The notes under the pieces were generated by a model, which worked only from the letters and a program-made list of their open reading frames with translations, was not told the origin of the DNA and made no database searches. Of a stretch of 51,219 nucleotides of DNA, positions 8,885 through 18,170 are shown piece after piece. This stretch comes from a virus. Taxonomy: Duplodnaviria; Caudoviricetes. The position numbers and the translations under genes were made by a program. Positions within the stretch are counted from its first letter, which is position 1. Every line of letters begins with the position of its first letter. The stretch spans positions 1-51,219 of IMG/VR virus record IMGVR_UViG_3300019871_000003, one strand, 5' to 3'.

Positions 8885-9145
8885 ATGAAAAAAGGAATTG
8901 ATCAAATCACGGTCAGGATAACATCTGAGATTGCTAACTGCTTTGAAGATAATGATAACGGCAGTTCATTGTTGGATGAAGACAACTACGAGGAAAGCGT
9001 AAAAGACTTCATGTACGGCTTGATATTGGCGACAGGAGTAATACTTGATAAGTTGACAGGCAATAGCGGTGATAATATTGATACTATTTCCATGCTCACC
9101 CGTATTGTTTTTGAGTACTCAAATAAAGAAGTTGATAGCGAGTAA
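8885..9145 (+). CDS. Acidic hypothetical protein
   Basis: 86-aa ORF. Confidence 0.55.
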   Translation: MKKGIDQITVRITSEIANCFEDNDNGSSLLDEDNYEESVKDFMYGLILATGVILDKLTGNSGDNIDTISMLTRIVFEYSNKEVDSE

Positions 9146-9328
9146 TGTCCACCATACCCCACATAATAACCTACCGGGCGAATCATTACAGGATCGGCGA
9201 TAAGAGACTATCAGAAGCCGGAGAGAGCGCAAAGCTGGCTCTTAAAATGCCGCTCTGGTGGAAGCTTCAAAGCTTCAGGTGGAGAGGTAAGCCGGTAAAG
9301 AGATTTGAATTTATTTAATTAACGAGAT

Positions 9329-9625
9329 ATGAAAGCACAAATTGATAAATTAAACGATTGGGTTGACTATGCCGATAATTTCGGTGATCATAAATTAGTC
9401 GTGCCTATTGACAGGGCTATTGAAGCCATTAATATGATTTGGCAGCCAGCCGAAACAGCGCCAAAAGATGGAACAGAAATAATAATCTATGACACCGATA
9501 CGGAAAGCCAATATATGGCTTCATGGTGTAAATCAATGGGTAATGGATGCTGGAATATTGGCATGATACCATATATACCAATGGGTGTTACTCACTGGCA
9601 CCATAAACAAGAAAACCCCAAATAA
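9329..9625 (+). CDS. DUF551-like domain protein
   Basis: WQPAETAPKDGTEII...VTHW. Confidence 0.65.
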   Translation: MKAQIDKLNDWVDYADNFGDHKLVVPIDRAIEAINMIWQPAETAPKDGTEIIIYDTDTESQYMASWCKSMGNGCWNIGMIPYIPMGVTHWHHKQENPK

Positions 9626-9876
9626 TGAAAGATTGGTCAACTGAGCTAATCCAACAGGAAGATGGGAAGCTTTATTTTAATACCGAAGATGGCCTTATTG
9701 AGGCATCATTAACAGATGTATGTAAGCATTATAGGAACATGCAGTATAATCTTATTACGACGTTGGGTAATTGGGCAACCGATTGTATCAATGAAGTTGA
9801 ACCGAATTTAAAGGAACGGGCATTTTGGAAGCTTGAATATTGTGAGCAGCCGGATTGCTGTATTAGGATTAAATAA
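9625..9876 (+). CDS. Hypothetical protein
   Basis: 83 aa, TAATG coupling. Confidence 0.55.
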   Translation: MKDWSTELIQQEDGKLYFNTEDGLIEASLTDVCKHYRNMQYNLITTLGNWATDCINEVEPNLKERAFWKLEYCEQPDCCIRIK

Positions 9877-9946
9877 TTCACTGGACAGATTTAAGATATT
9901 AACCCACTTACCCATTTAGGGTGCTAAAACAATAGGAAAAGAGAAA

Positions 9947-10159
9947 ATGGCATTAAAAGTAAAATTTACAGGAGTTGGAGTAGACGATCAATTTAAGGGC
10001 AGAGTTTGCCTCACTGGCTGTATTCACGATTATACATTATGCGGTATAACATTGGATGGTGATACAGCAACCGCCGGAGATTACGAGGCTACAAATGAAA
10101 AAGTTAATTGCTCTGACTGTATTGCAATTGTAAAATACAGTAAAACTATTAAGCTTTAA
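9947..10159 (+). CDS. Small Cys-rich hypothetical protein
   Basis: TLCG...VNCSDC. Confidence 0.55.
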   Translation: MALKVKFTGVGVDDQFKGRVCLTGCIHDYTLCGITLDGDTATAGDYEATNEKVNCSDCIAIVKYSKTIKL

Positions 10160-10361
10160 TTAACTCCCCTAAATAACAATAAGTAAAATAAGATATGGAA
10201 AAGCGAATCGGGATATTTATCTACAGGATAAATATATACACTGTTCAATACAGGTACTATGATATCTCTAATGTACGTACTAGGTATTATTTGGGAATGT
10301 GTGAGACTTTTTTAGATGGTAAAACGTGGTACCCGGCTTAATAAGTAAAACAACCAAAATT

Positions 10362-10613
10362 ATGAAAACTGAAACCAAAGAAGCTACGCCATATCAAAAA
10401 TGGCTATTCATGCAAAGTAAAGGCCATCCGGTTGCACTGGCACAATTAATAGTCAACGAAGTTATGCAGCAAAATCACGCTGCCTTTGAGATACTGGAAA
10501 TGACCGGGGACAAGGAATATACAGCCGAAACAATGATTAAAGCTGCTAAAATACTTTGTGATCTGTGCGGGGAGTGGACACCTAATTATACCATATTTCC
10601 ACAGGGGAAGTAA
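10362..10613 (+). CDS. Hypothetical protein
   Basis: Likely ATG at MKTETK within the track ORF 10326..10613. Confidence 0.55.
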   Translation: MKTETKEATPYQKWLFMQSKGHPVALAQLIVNEVMQQNHAAFEILEMTGDKEYTAETMIKAAKILCDLCGEWTPNYTIFPQGK

Positions 10614-10639
10614 AAACAACCAATTAATATATAAGGACA

Positions 10640-10933
10640 ATGGAAAACCTGAAATTGAGACACGAGCTAACAAAAAAAGACGTAGCATGGGCTATATTCG
10701 ATAATTTTGATGGTTCGTATACCATGCATCATCTGCTGTATAATGTTGAACGCAAAGAAGGGTGGACTGGAACTCCATACATATCTAACGCTTTTATATG
10801 TAATAAAAAATGTCGGGTACTGGACGAAAACGAAAATGCATCCCCAATTGAAACATGCGAGGCTTTAACTCACTTGCGCGAAAATATGGCCTGTAAAAAG
10901 TGTCTTAAATTCTATAATATTTTACCTGAATAA
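10640..10933 (+). CDS. Hypothetical protein (possible zinc binding)
   Basis: H..., IC...C, CKKC. Confidence 0.55.
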   Translation: MENLKLRHELTKKDVAWAIFDNFDGSYTMHHLLYNVERKEGWTGTPYISNAFICNKKCRVLDENENASPIETCEALTHLRENMACKKCLKFYNILPE

Positions 10934-10942
10934 ACTTTAACC

Positions 10943-11506
10943 ATGCAACAAAACCCAACTCTAATAACAATATCAGATCATGTAGGGAGAGAGTGCAACC
11001 CGCATTGGGATGCGCCAGTAGACGAAAGTGACCCTGAAAACATTTACGATGCTGTTAGTTCGAATAGGTATCGAAAGTTTGAAGAATCCGTTCAATCATA
11101 CCAATGCCCAGAACTAAAAGATACAACTGAACCAGTTGAGGCGGTGTTAGTAAATCAATATCAAGTTACTTTAGGCATAAGAAAAGGTGAATGGAATGAT
11201 TTCTTAGAGCAAAATGAATCAGAGCATTTTAATAATTCAGGTACACCTACCCGCCAAATATGGAAAATTTGCCCCTCATCAGAAAAACAGATTGAACCTA
11301 AGTTTGGAGAATGGGTGGATGTGAAAGTACCTCCTAAGCAAGAAGGTAGATATTTATGCTATTTCAATACACGTCAAGATAAAACATTTCATATTTCAAT
11401 ATTATCTTATAAAAATATATTAGGTTTTAACGGACAATTTTTAGTCACCCACTGGATGCCATTGCCGCCATTACCCACCTCACCAAATAAAGGAGAAAAG
11501 AAATGA
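10943..11506 (+). CDS. Hypothetical protein with C-terminal DUF551-like domain
   Basis: WVDVKVPP...YLC...VTHWMPLPPLP. Confidence 0.65.
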   Translation: MQQNPTLITISDHVGRECNPHWDAPVDESDPENIYDAVSSNRYRKFEESVQSYQCPELKDTTEPVEAVLVNQYQVTLGIRKGEWNDFLEQNESEHFNNSGTPTRQIWKICPSSEKQIEPKFGEWVDVKVPPKQEGRYLCYFNTRQDKTFHISILSYKNILGFNGQFLVTHWMPLPPLPTSPNKGEKK

Positions 11507-11808
11507 TAAACAATAACAGGCCAACGGACGATCAATCAGAAGCAATTGCTTTTACTGAAGCTCAAAATAAAGCTATTAAGGCAATTGATATCGCTATGCG
11601 AAAATGTGATAAGTTAGGAGTTGCGTTTTGGGATAATTACGGTAGTCTCACAGCTTATAATGCTAAAAAAATAACTTGTCCAGACGTTACAGAAACTGGC
11701 GAATTTGGGTATGAAAGCATTGATTACTATGAGTATATTACCGAAGTATATTCACGTAATTTCCACGCAGGAAATGCAGATGACCCCCTATCTTTTGATA
11801 TTAAATAA
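11503..11808 (+). CDS. Hypothetical protein
   Basis: 101 aa, ATGA overlap. Confidence 0.55.
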   Translation: MINNNRPTDDQSEAIAFTEAQNKAIKAIDIAMRKCDKLGVAFWDNYGSLTAYNAKKITCPDVTETGEFGYESIDYYEYITEVYSRNFHAGNADDPLSFDIK

Positions 11809-11851
11809 CCAATCAGACAACCAATAATGGAAACACTTGAATTGAAACAAA

Positions 11852-12397
11852 ATGATGAATAGTATAAAAGACTTATTGGATTATATTCTGAATGTATTTA
11901 AATTTTGGATAATTATACAACCATGGGAACAGGCAGTAAGAACACGTTTTGGTAAAAACAAAAAAGTTATATATGCCGGTACTCATTTTAGAATACCATT
12001 TATGGATAATTTTTATATCCAATGCGTTAGACTTAGGGTGGCTAATTTACCAATGCAAAACCTAACTACAAAAGACCTTAAAACAATTACACTTAATGGG
12101 TCTATAGGTTATGAAATAAAAGACATTGGAGTATTGTATAGCACAATGTACGAGCCTGAAGCCACTATATCAAGTATAGCAATGGGCGCAATAGCTGATT
12201 ATATATACGCTCATTCAAGTGAGAATATAGATATACTTGATATAGAAAAAAGTGTACTTAAAAGTCTTGATCTAGACAAGTACGGGATATTTGTGTCTTA
12301 TTATAAACTCATAAATTTTGCGGTAGTTAAAACATACAGACTGATACAGGATCAGTCACAAATTTATAGAAGCGAGACTTTAAACAATTCAAAATAG
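11852..12397 (+). CDS. SPFH/Band 7 domain protein
   Basis: IQPWEQAVRTRFGK...G.HFRIPF.D...QNLTTKD. Confidence 0.8.
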   Translation: MMNSIKDLLDYILNVFKFWIIIQPWEQAVRTRFGKNKKVIYAGTHFRIPFMDNFYIQCVRLRVANLPMQNLTTKDLKTITLNGSIGYEIKDIGVLYSTMYEPEATISSIAMGAIADYIYAHSSENIDILDIEKSVLKSLDLDKYGIFVSYYKLINFAVVKTYRLIQDQSQIYRSETLNNSK

Positions 12398-12403
12398 AAA
12401 TCA

Positions 12404-12913
12404 ATGGAAACACTGCAACTAAAACAAATATTGCCATTTGCCGAGTATAATCTTACAGGCATTTGGAAAGATAATAAGAAATACATTTGGCGTGTAACCA
12501 ATGTATGTGTTGCAAACGAAGGCAATATTTCAATAGGACGGTCAACTAAAACCAGGTATCACCATGAGATACATAGGCCGTTAAATGAGTTCAAGCCCCT
12601 ACTCATCCCCTTATCCCAATTAACAGAAGATCAGTGGAGAGAGGTGTTTAAGGCGGGATTTGCAGGAACGATTAATGGTGGATGGAAAAATATTGATCAG
12701 TTCTATTTTGAAAGGCACGATGATAAAGCAATCGAATTGGGGCTTAGGGAAATTTCATTAGTTTTTGAATTTGATAATCAACAGTTCGGAACGGGGCCTT
12801 ACGCCTTTAATCAACTTCGAGCCTTCGAAAAGATATACGAACTACACGGGGATGTTGACGGGCTGATTAAGCGGGGACTGGCCTTGAATAAATTAGACTA
12901 TATCAAACAATAA
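12404..12913 (+). CDS. Conserved phage hypothetical protein
   Basis: FKPLLIPLSQLT ... HGDVDGLIKRGLA pattern. Confidence 0.65.
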   Translation: METLQLKQILPFAEYNLTGIWKDNKKYIWRVTNVCVANEGNISIGRSTKTRYHHEIHRPLNEFKPLLIPLSQLTEDQWREVFKAGFAGTINGGWKNIDQFYFERHDDKAIELGLREISLVFEFDNQQFGTGPYAFNQLRAFEKIYELHGDVDGLIKRGLALNKLDYIKQ

Positions 12914-12919
12914 ATAGCA

Positions 12920-13315
12920 ATGGAAGCAAGAGAACTGAGAAGCGGAAACCTTTTACAGGGCAAACCATTTAGTCATCCGCGTATGGGAATGTGGAGCAAT
13001 GGCATAACCCGTATAACAGCTTACGGCATAGCTGAGATCGAAATCGGTAACATACCCAAAGATCATTACTCACCCATCCCTCTTTCGCCTGAAATACTTG
13101 AGAAAGCAGGGTTTAAATATGTGGATGGTGAGGAAGATGGCATGTACTGGTATGAAACCGAATGGCCTATAGTTGGCGAACTGATTACATGCGATAAGGA
13201 ACGAGGCAACTATGTTTTTGATGCGGACACCGATACATTACGGATAACGTCTTTACATCAGCTTATGAACCTCTATTTCGCCCTTACAGGCAACGAATTA
13301 AATATTAACCTTTAA
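12920..13315 (+). CDS. Conserved phage hypothetical protein
   Basis: ELRSGN...PIPLSPEILEKAGF...LHQLMNLYFALTG. Confidence 0.7.
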   Translation: MEARELRSGNLLQGKPFSHPRMGMWSNGITRITAYGIAEIEIGNIPKDHYSPIPLSPEILEKAGFKYVDGEEDGMYWYETEWPIVGELITCDKERGNYVFDADTDTLRITSLHQLMNLYFALTGNELNINL

Positions 13316-13340
13316 AAGCACAATCAAAACAATAGATAAA

Positions 13341-13589
13341 ATGAAAACAGCAGAAACTTTAAGGATTAATGAGGGCGATCTATTTGTAGCGGATATAATA
13401 GGCCCAGGCATTTACGAAATGGTTAAGCATGGTGTTAATAACTCTAATGAATACTTTGCAAATGTCCGGCTTAAGAAACTATTCTGTCAGGGATTTAAGT
13501 GGATTGGACATATTACAAACTGCCATCCCGTAAATATCAGCCAATGGAATAATCTTAAAGTTATCAAAAAATATGCGATCAATTCATAA
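13341..13589 (+). CDS. Hypothetical protein
   Basis: 82-aa ORF. Confidence 0.5.
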   Translation: MKTAETLRINEGDLFVADIIGPGIYEMVKHGVNNSNEYFANVRLKKLFCQGFKWIGHITNCHPVNISQWNNLKVIKKYAINS

Positions 13590-13623
13590 AGTAACTCACC
13601 CCCTATATAAAACAAGTAAAAAG

Positions 13624-13845
13624 ATGAAAACAGTCCAACAGATAGCAGAAGGAAATAAATTTTTACAGGGTTACGCCTGTTGCCTTGCCTGCTTTATTAA
13701 TTATGAAGGTGGCATTCAGGCTATACATAAAGAGGCTTACGGTGCATGTTTTGGAAATATGACAGAACACCAATTAATAAAAACAGGAATAGAACAGAGT
13801 GATATAGATTTGTTTAAGGAGCATAAGCTTTTAACCAATAAATAA
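13624..13845 (+). CDS. Hypothetical protein
   Basis: Likely start MKTVQQ inside the track ORF 13573..13845. Confidence 0.5.
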   Translation: MKTVQQIAEGNKFLQGYACCLACFINYEGGIQAIHKEAYGACFGNMTEHQLIKTGIEQSDIDLFKEHKLLTNK

Positions 13846-13850
13846 CCCCC

Positions 13851-14024
13851 ATGAACGAAAACAAACCACCAATAGGAATGCAATGCGAGTACGGAAATTG
13901 TAAACGTAAAGGCGCAGATTACATAAAGCCAAAACACCTTAAAGAAAAAGGATGGGAAGATGAGCCTATTTATCTATGTGAATATCATGCAAATGAATTA
14001 AAATGCACCGAATTAGTAAAATGA
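13851..14024 (+). CDS. Small putative zinc-binding protein (57 aa)
   Basis: Hand translation MNENKPPIGMQCEYGNC...YLCEYHANELKCTELVK; fills the gap. Confidence 0.5.
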   Translation: MNENKPPIGMQCEYGNCKRKGADYIKPKHLKEKGWEDEPIYLCEYHANELKCTELVK

Positions 14025-14026
14025 TT

Positions 14027-14356
14027 ATGAAAGAAAATACAGAAGACACTCCTGAATTGAATGCTGAAAGGTATGTAGTCAATGCATACGGATTCAATTG
14101 CGCTAATCCTAATTATAAGCAAATTATTAATGCCGAACAGAAAGCATTCATAGCTGGCGCTAATTGGCAATCCCAACAATCCATAGAACATATAGTAGAA
14201 GAAACTTTAAACGCCATAGTCAACATGAAAAATGCTAAACGGATAAATTTTGGCGAAGATACATTGTTAGAAGATGGTGGGCCCGTTTTAATTGTCGTTG
14301 TTGAGGAAATTCTATCCATGAAACAATCAATTATAGATAAACTTAAAAACAAATGA
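14027..14356 (+). CDS. Hypothetical protein
   Basis: AFIAGANWQ motif typical of small phage proteins; start uncertain. Confidence 0.55.
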   Translation: MKENTEDTPELNAERYVVNAYGFNCANPNYKQIINAEQKAFIAGANWQSQQSIEHIVEETLNAIVNMKNAKRINFGEDTLLEDGGPVLIVVVEEILSMKQSIIDKLKNK

Positions 14357-14679
14357 AAAATAGCATGTATGAAATAACAAGGAATATACCATTGGGGCCA
14401 AGTGAACATAACCCACCAATATCAGAAGAAATAAAGCAATTCAGCCATCAAAAAGTTGATCCTATTTGTTGGTATACTATAATTGCTACAGTTCATGACA
14501 TTCCATCTAAGCTAAAAGAGTGGCGACTTTGTAGAGATTTTACATTGCGAATGGTGGAAGAAAAAACAAGTATTTCCAATGCTTATTTATCCCAACTGGA
14601 AACAGGTAAAGTTAAAAAGCCATCATTTGACGTGGTGGTAAAGCTTTGTAATCTATATCAGGTAAAAGTCATTATTTAA
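14353..14679 (+). CDS. XRE-family HTH protein
   Basis: LKEWR...TLR.VEEKTSISNAYLSQLETGKVKKPS. Confidence 0.8.
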   Translation: MKNSMYEITRNIPLGPSEHNPPISEEIKQFSHQKVDPICWYTIIATVHDIPSKLKEWRLCRDFTLRMVEEKTSISNAYLSQLETGKVKKPSFDVVVKLCNLYQVKVII

Positions 14680-14720
14680 CCCCCATATTCAAAAGTGAGT
14701 AACACCTAAAGAGAAAAAGT

Positions 14721-15266
14721 ATGACACAATCACAATATATCGATCTAAAGTTTGCCATCATTGATGCAGGCTACGAGCATGAAATTACTTGGATAGAAAA
14801 TATTCAGCCGTGCATGAGTTCGGACGACTTCTTCGGAGAAGCAGTATGGGTAATTCTAAATTCAGGCATGAAAGAGCAAATTGCACGGCAAATTTGGAAT
14901 CGTATACAAAAGGCATGGGGCGACAGTAAACCTACTTCATCAGCATTTAGGCATGAGGGGAAAGTTAAAGCTATAGACTTTATCCGTAAAAACAAACAGG
15001 ATATTTTCGATCAATATTTTGGATGTGCCGAGCCTTTGATATTTTTAGAAAGCCTACCATTTATCGGCTCAATCACAAAATACCACCTTGCCAAAAACTT
15101 AGGCATTGATTGCGTGAAACCAGATAGGCATTTAGTCAGAATAGCAAAAGAGTATAACTTCAAAGACTGTTTCGAAATGTGCAACTTGATAAGTTCAATT
15201 ACAGGGGATAAAGTTTCTCTTATTGATATGGTACTTTGGAGAGCGGCCAACTTAGGAATGATTTAA
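14721..15266 (+). CDS. HhH-GPD-like DNA glycosylase/lyase-fold protein
   Basis: LESLPFIGSITKYHLAKNLG (HhH) followed by KPDRHLVR. Confidence 0.65.
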   Translation: MTQSQYIDLKFAIIDAGYEHEITWIENIQPCMSSDDFFGEAVWVILNSGMKEQIARQIWNRIQKAWGDSKPTSSAFRHEGKVKAIDFIRKNKQDIFDQYFGCAEPLIFLESLPFIGSITKYHLAKNLGIDCVKPDRHLVRIAKEYNFKDCFEMCNLISSITGDKVSLIDMVLWRAANLGMI

Positions 15267-15297
15267 CCAATTAAGTAACACCTAATAGTAAACAAAC

Positions 15298-15525
15298 ATG
15301 AAAACAACACACGAAGGAATCGAAATCGATTTTGATGACATGGAATTCAGGAAACTGGACTCCGTAGATCATAGCACGTTTTACGAGTGCCGAGGCGAAG
15401 ATAAAGACGGCAATCTATATTCAGGCACCGTTGAAAAATGCTGTGGCGAATATGATAGCATCCAAGATATTGATTTGATTATAAAATCTACCGATAGACC
15501 GTCTTTTAACTTTGACCCTTACTAA
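15298..15525 (+). CDS. Acidic hypothetical protein
   Basis: 75 aa, D/E rich. Confidence 0.55.
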   Translation: MKTTHEGIEIDFDDMEFRKLDSVDHSTFYECRGEDKDGNLYSGTVEKCCGEYDSIQDIDLIIKSTDRPSFNFDPY

Positions 15526-15615
15526 CCCTTTAATCCCTCATTGAATGATACTTAACTTAATAGCTTTAACCATTGTATTATGTGGTTATCTTAACCCATT
15601 TAAAAATAAAACACC

Positions 15616-16032
15616 ATGACTATAAACAACGATCTAAAAAGCAAGTATTTTGCAATGTACTTAGGGCAAAAAGTATACTGTAAAACCAAAGAATCGCAGC
15701 GTAAGTTTGAACTTACGCCTATTTATCTATCTTCTGAATATGTTTGGATGGGTATTCTCGAATTAAGATCAATAGAAAGCCTAACATCAATCGAGTTACA
15801 AAAAACATCCGAAATAGTTGGACAATCGCAAATAGGCGAACAGCAAACTAAAATATTGCTCGATAAATACATGGATAGCCGTCATTGCAACCTCACAGCG
15901 TGGGAGTGGTATCAGGTATTTGAATATCTTAAATCCATCAGCATCGCCCTCCCTCTTTTCGACCAATCCACAAACACCCTCATCTCAGTCGACGAGTTAA
16001 TTAAAGAGGGGATAGTAAAAATAACCAGGTAA
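15616..16032 (+). CDS. Conserved phage hypothetical protein
   Basis: KYFAMYLGQKV...LELRSIESLT...YLKS. Confidence 0.6.
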   Translation: MTINNDLKSKYFAMYLGQKVYCKTKESQRKFELTPIYLSSEYVWMGILELRSIESLTSIELQKTSEIVGQSQIGEQQTKILLDKYMDSRHCNLTAWEWYQVFEYLKSISIALPLFDQSTNTLISVDELIKEGIVKITR

Positions 16033-16073
16033 ATGTTTGGTTTTTAAGTATAAAATGATTATTTTTAAGTATA

Positions 16074-16442
16074 ATGCCAGTAAGAATTCAGAGACGAAGG
16101 GTTAAGGGTTGGACAAAGCCAGTCGGTGCGGTTAATTGTACCAGGCCAAGTAAATACGGTAATCCGTTTTCAGTAGAAAAATATGGATTAGATCGGTCAT
16201 TGAAGTTATTTCAACAAATGATCGATGAGTTTACATCTATAAAACAATTCTCGATAGATGCCCAAGAAGATGCTTTAAACAGCCCACTTTTTAAGGCGTT
16301 CAGAAAAAGCAATGAATTATCGCTTAGGGATATGATAAAAAGCGATTTACGGGGCAAGGATTTAATGTGCTTTTGTGAATTTGATAAACCATGTCATGCA
16401 AATATTCTTTTATGCATAGCTAATCAACCAAATGACCAGTAA
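16074..16442 (+). CDS. DUF4326-like protein
   Basis: RIQRRR.KGW, RPSKYGNPF, LRGKDLMCFC..PCHA. Confidence 0.85.
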   Translation: MPVRIQRRRVKGWTKPVGAVNCTRPSKYGNPFSVEKYGLDRSLKLFQQMIDEFTSIKQFSIDAQEDALNSPLFKAFRKSNELSLRDMIKSDLRGKDLMCFCEFDKPCHANILLCIANQPNDQ

Positions 16443-16944
16443 TGAGGGTCGCGCCCTAATAAACAAATTAATCGATAAGGGGCATGTTATGAGCGGCAAC
16501 CGACTCTACACCCCAACCGAAGCAAAACTATTAAACCTAAGCCCTGAAAAGAAGCCACGAGCCAAAAGACAGACAAGAACCTATGACACTAACGATCATT
16601 TAAACATAGCTAATAAAGCTAAACACTGTGATCAGTTTACCAGGTTGTTAGAAATAGAGATAGGTGTAGCAGTTTGGCCAGAATATCGGTTTAGCGCTGA
16701 GAAAGGTTATAAGTTGGATTACGCCATCCCGGAATATCGAATAGGAGTAGAATGTGACGGTGGCATCCATAAGAAAGGCAAAAGCGGGCATAGCTCTGGC
16801 ACTGGTATTCAAAGGGATATAAACAAAGCAAGTTGCCTAGCCGCAAACGGGTGGTTACTAATAAGGCGTACCCCTCAGCAATTAATAACATCTGAGACTA
16901 TTGAATTGATTAAAAGAGCTATACAAAATACTAAATTCGTATAA
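16432..16944 (+). CDS. PD-(D/E)XK endonuclease (DUF559-like; possible resolvase)
   Basis: PEYRF....YKLDYA.P...IGVECDGG...RD..K...A..GW. Confidence 0.75.
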   Translation: MTSNEGRALINKLIDKGHVMSGNRLYTPTEAKLLNLSPEKKPRAKRQTRTYDTNDHLNIANKAKHCDQFTRLLEIEIGVAVWPEYRFSAEKGYKLDYAIPEYRIGVECDGGIHKKGKSGHSSGTGIQRDINKASCLAANGWLLIRRTPQQLITSETIELIKRAIQNTKFV

Positions 16945-17108
16945 TGGAAAAAGTTGATTGCATAAAAATTATATCATCAGGGGTTATTTATTTCATAATT
17001 GATCCCACTGAACCACTCCCTATTCTGGTTACCATGACTATGAATACGGTCAAGTCCGAAGTAAAAACCAGAAAGGAAATACAGGAATTGCTTACAGCAT
17101 TGAATTAA
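16944..17108 (+). CDS. Small hypothetical protein (54 aa)
   Basis: TAATG-coupled; MEKVDCIKII...ELLTALN. Confidence 0.45.
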   Translation: MEKVDCIKIISSGVIYFIIDPTEPLPILVTMTMNTVKSEVKTRKEIQELLTALN

Positions 17109-17126
17109 TAAAGAAAGCTATACAAG

Positions 17127-17423
17127 ATGCCATTCGATAAGAAATATTATAAACAGATAAAAGCTTTTGTAGCCGAGCAACTTCAGCAGCCCTCATTTCT
17201 ATATACAGGTAAATGCCCCTTTGAATGGGCTAAAACGTTTTTACCTTTGGTTAAGGATTGCGAACACCGGGAAGATTACGAAGCGGCACAGGCCACAAGT
17301 GATGCCATAATGGAGTTTTTAAATCAGTTCTTACCAGCCGATCAGCAATTAACCAAGGAAAAGGATATATTAAAGCTGCCGGAATATAAAGAAATTATAA
17401 TATACGGGCATATTAGTTATTAA
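17127..17423 (+). CDS. Hypothetical protein
   Basis: 98 aa; EDYEAA segment resembles a UVR motif. Confidence 0.55.
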   Translation: MPFDKKYYKQIKAFVAEQLQQPSFLYTGKCPFEWAKTFLPLVKDCEHREDYEAAQATSDAIMEFLNQFLPADQQLTKEKDILKLPEYKEIIIYGHISY

Positions 17424-17466
17424 ATATGCAAGGCCGTTCGGGATTAAATTATAATTATCGCAAAAT

Positions 17467-17835
17467 ATGAACTCAATAACCACCTTAATCAAAAAATACC
17501 AGGATCTGATCAAAAAGGAAACTGATTATTTAGCCAGCCCGGAAGGACAGGCAGCCCCGGAAGCTCAGCGTTTATTCGCTACTCAGAAAATAATGGACTG
17601 GAAGGGGTTTGTGGATAATCTGGAGAAAGTGGATAATTGGATTGATGTAATAGACGAGCCGCCGGAATATTATAAAATCTTTCTATGTCTAAATAAACAC
17701 CATAATTTACAATGCGTGGCATGGCGGGCATCTGATGGGGATAACGACATTTACACTATATACCAAACAAATATAATTGTAAGAGATATCACCCATTGGC
17801 GTCCACTACCAGTAAATAATTTTGAAGAATTTTAA
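17467..17835 (+). CDS. Hypothetical protein with C-terminal DUF551-like domain
   Basis: WIDVIDEPP...ITHWRPLP. Confidence 0.6.
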   Translation: MNSITTLIKKYQDLIKKETDYLASPEGQAAPEAQRLFATQKIMDWKGFVDNLEKVDNWIDVIDEPPEYYKIFLCLNKHHNLQCVAWRASDGDNDIYTIYQTNIIVRDITHWRPLPVNNFEEF

Positions 17836-18112
17836 AAACCAATAAGGGGGATAGAACAACATGGTAGCTAATCCTAAAATAGAATCATTGATCTTCATGT
17901 TTAGGCATTATGAAGCATTAGCAAAGAAATGCTTTGAAATTTATCCCGATATTGTAGACGCTTACTTTATGTACGATTATTATATTGGAAAGGCTGAAAT
18001 GTACGAGGATATTTTATTAAGAGTTTTATGATACCAAGCCCTAATATTTAATCAACTACAGTTTATCAAGTTTACAAATCAAAACATAGTTTCAAATAAA
18101 AATGAATATTTA

Positions 18113-18154
18113 GTAAACTATAGTTGACAGAGTTTACAACATTACTTATATTTG
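18113..18154 (+). promoter_or_regulatory. Putative late promoter: palindrome GTAAACTATAGTTGAC plus TATATTTG -7 box
   Basis: Near-perfect palindrome at 18113-18128 and a TAnnTTTG box just upstream of terS. Confidence 0.6.
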
Positions 18155-18170
18155 GGTATAATATTTAATT

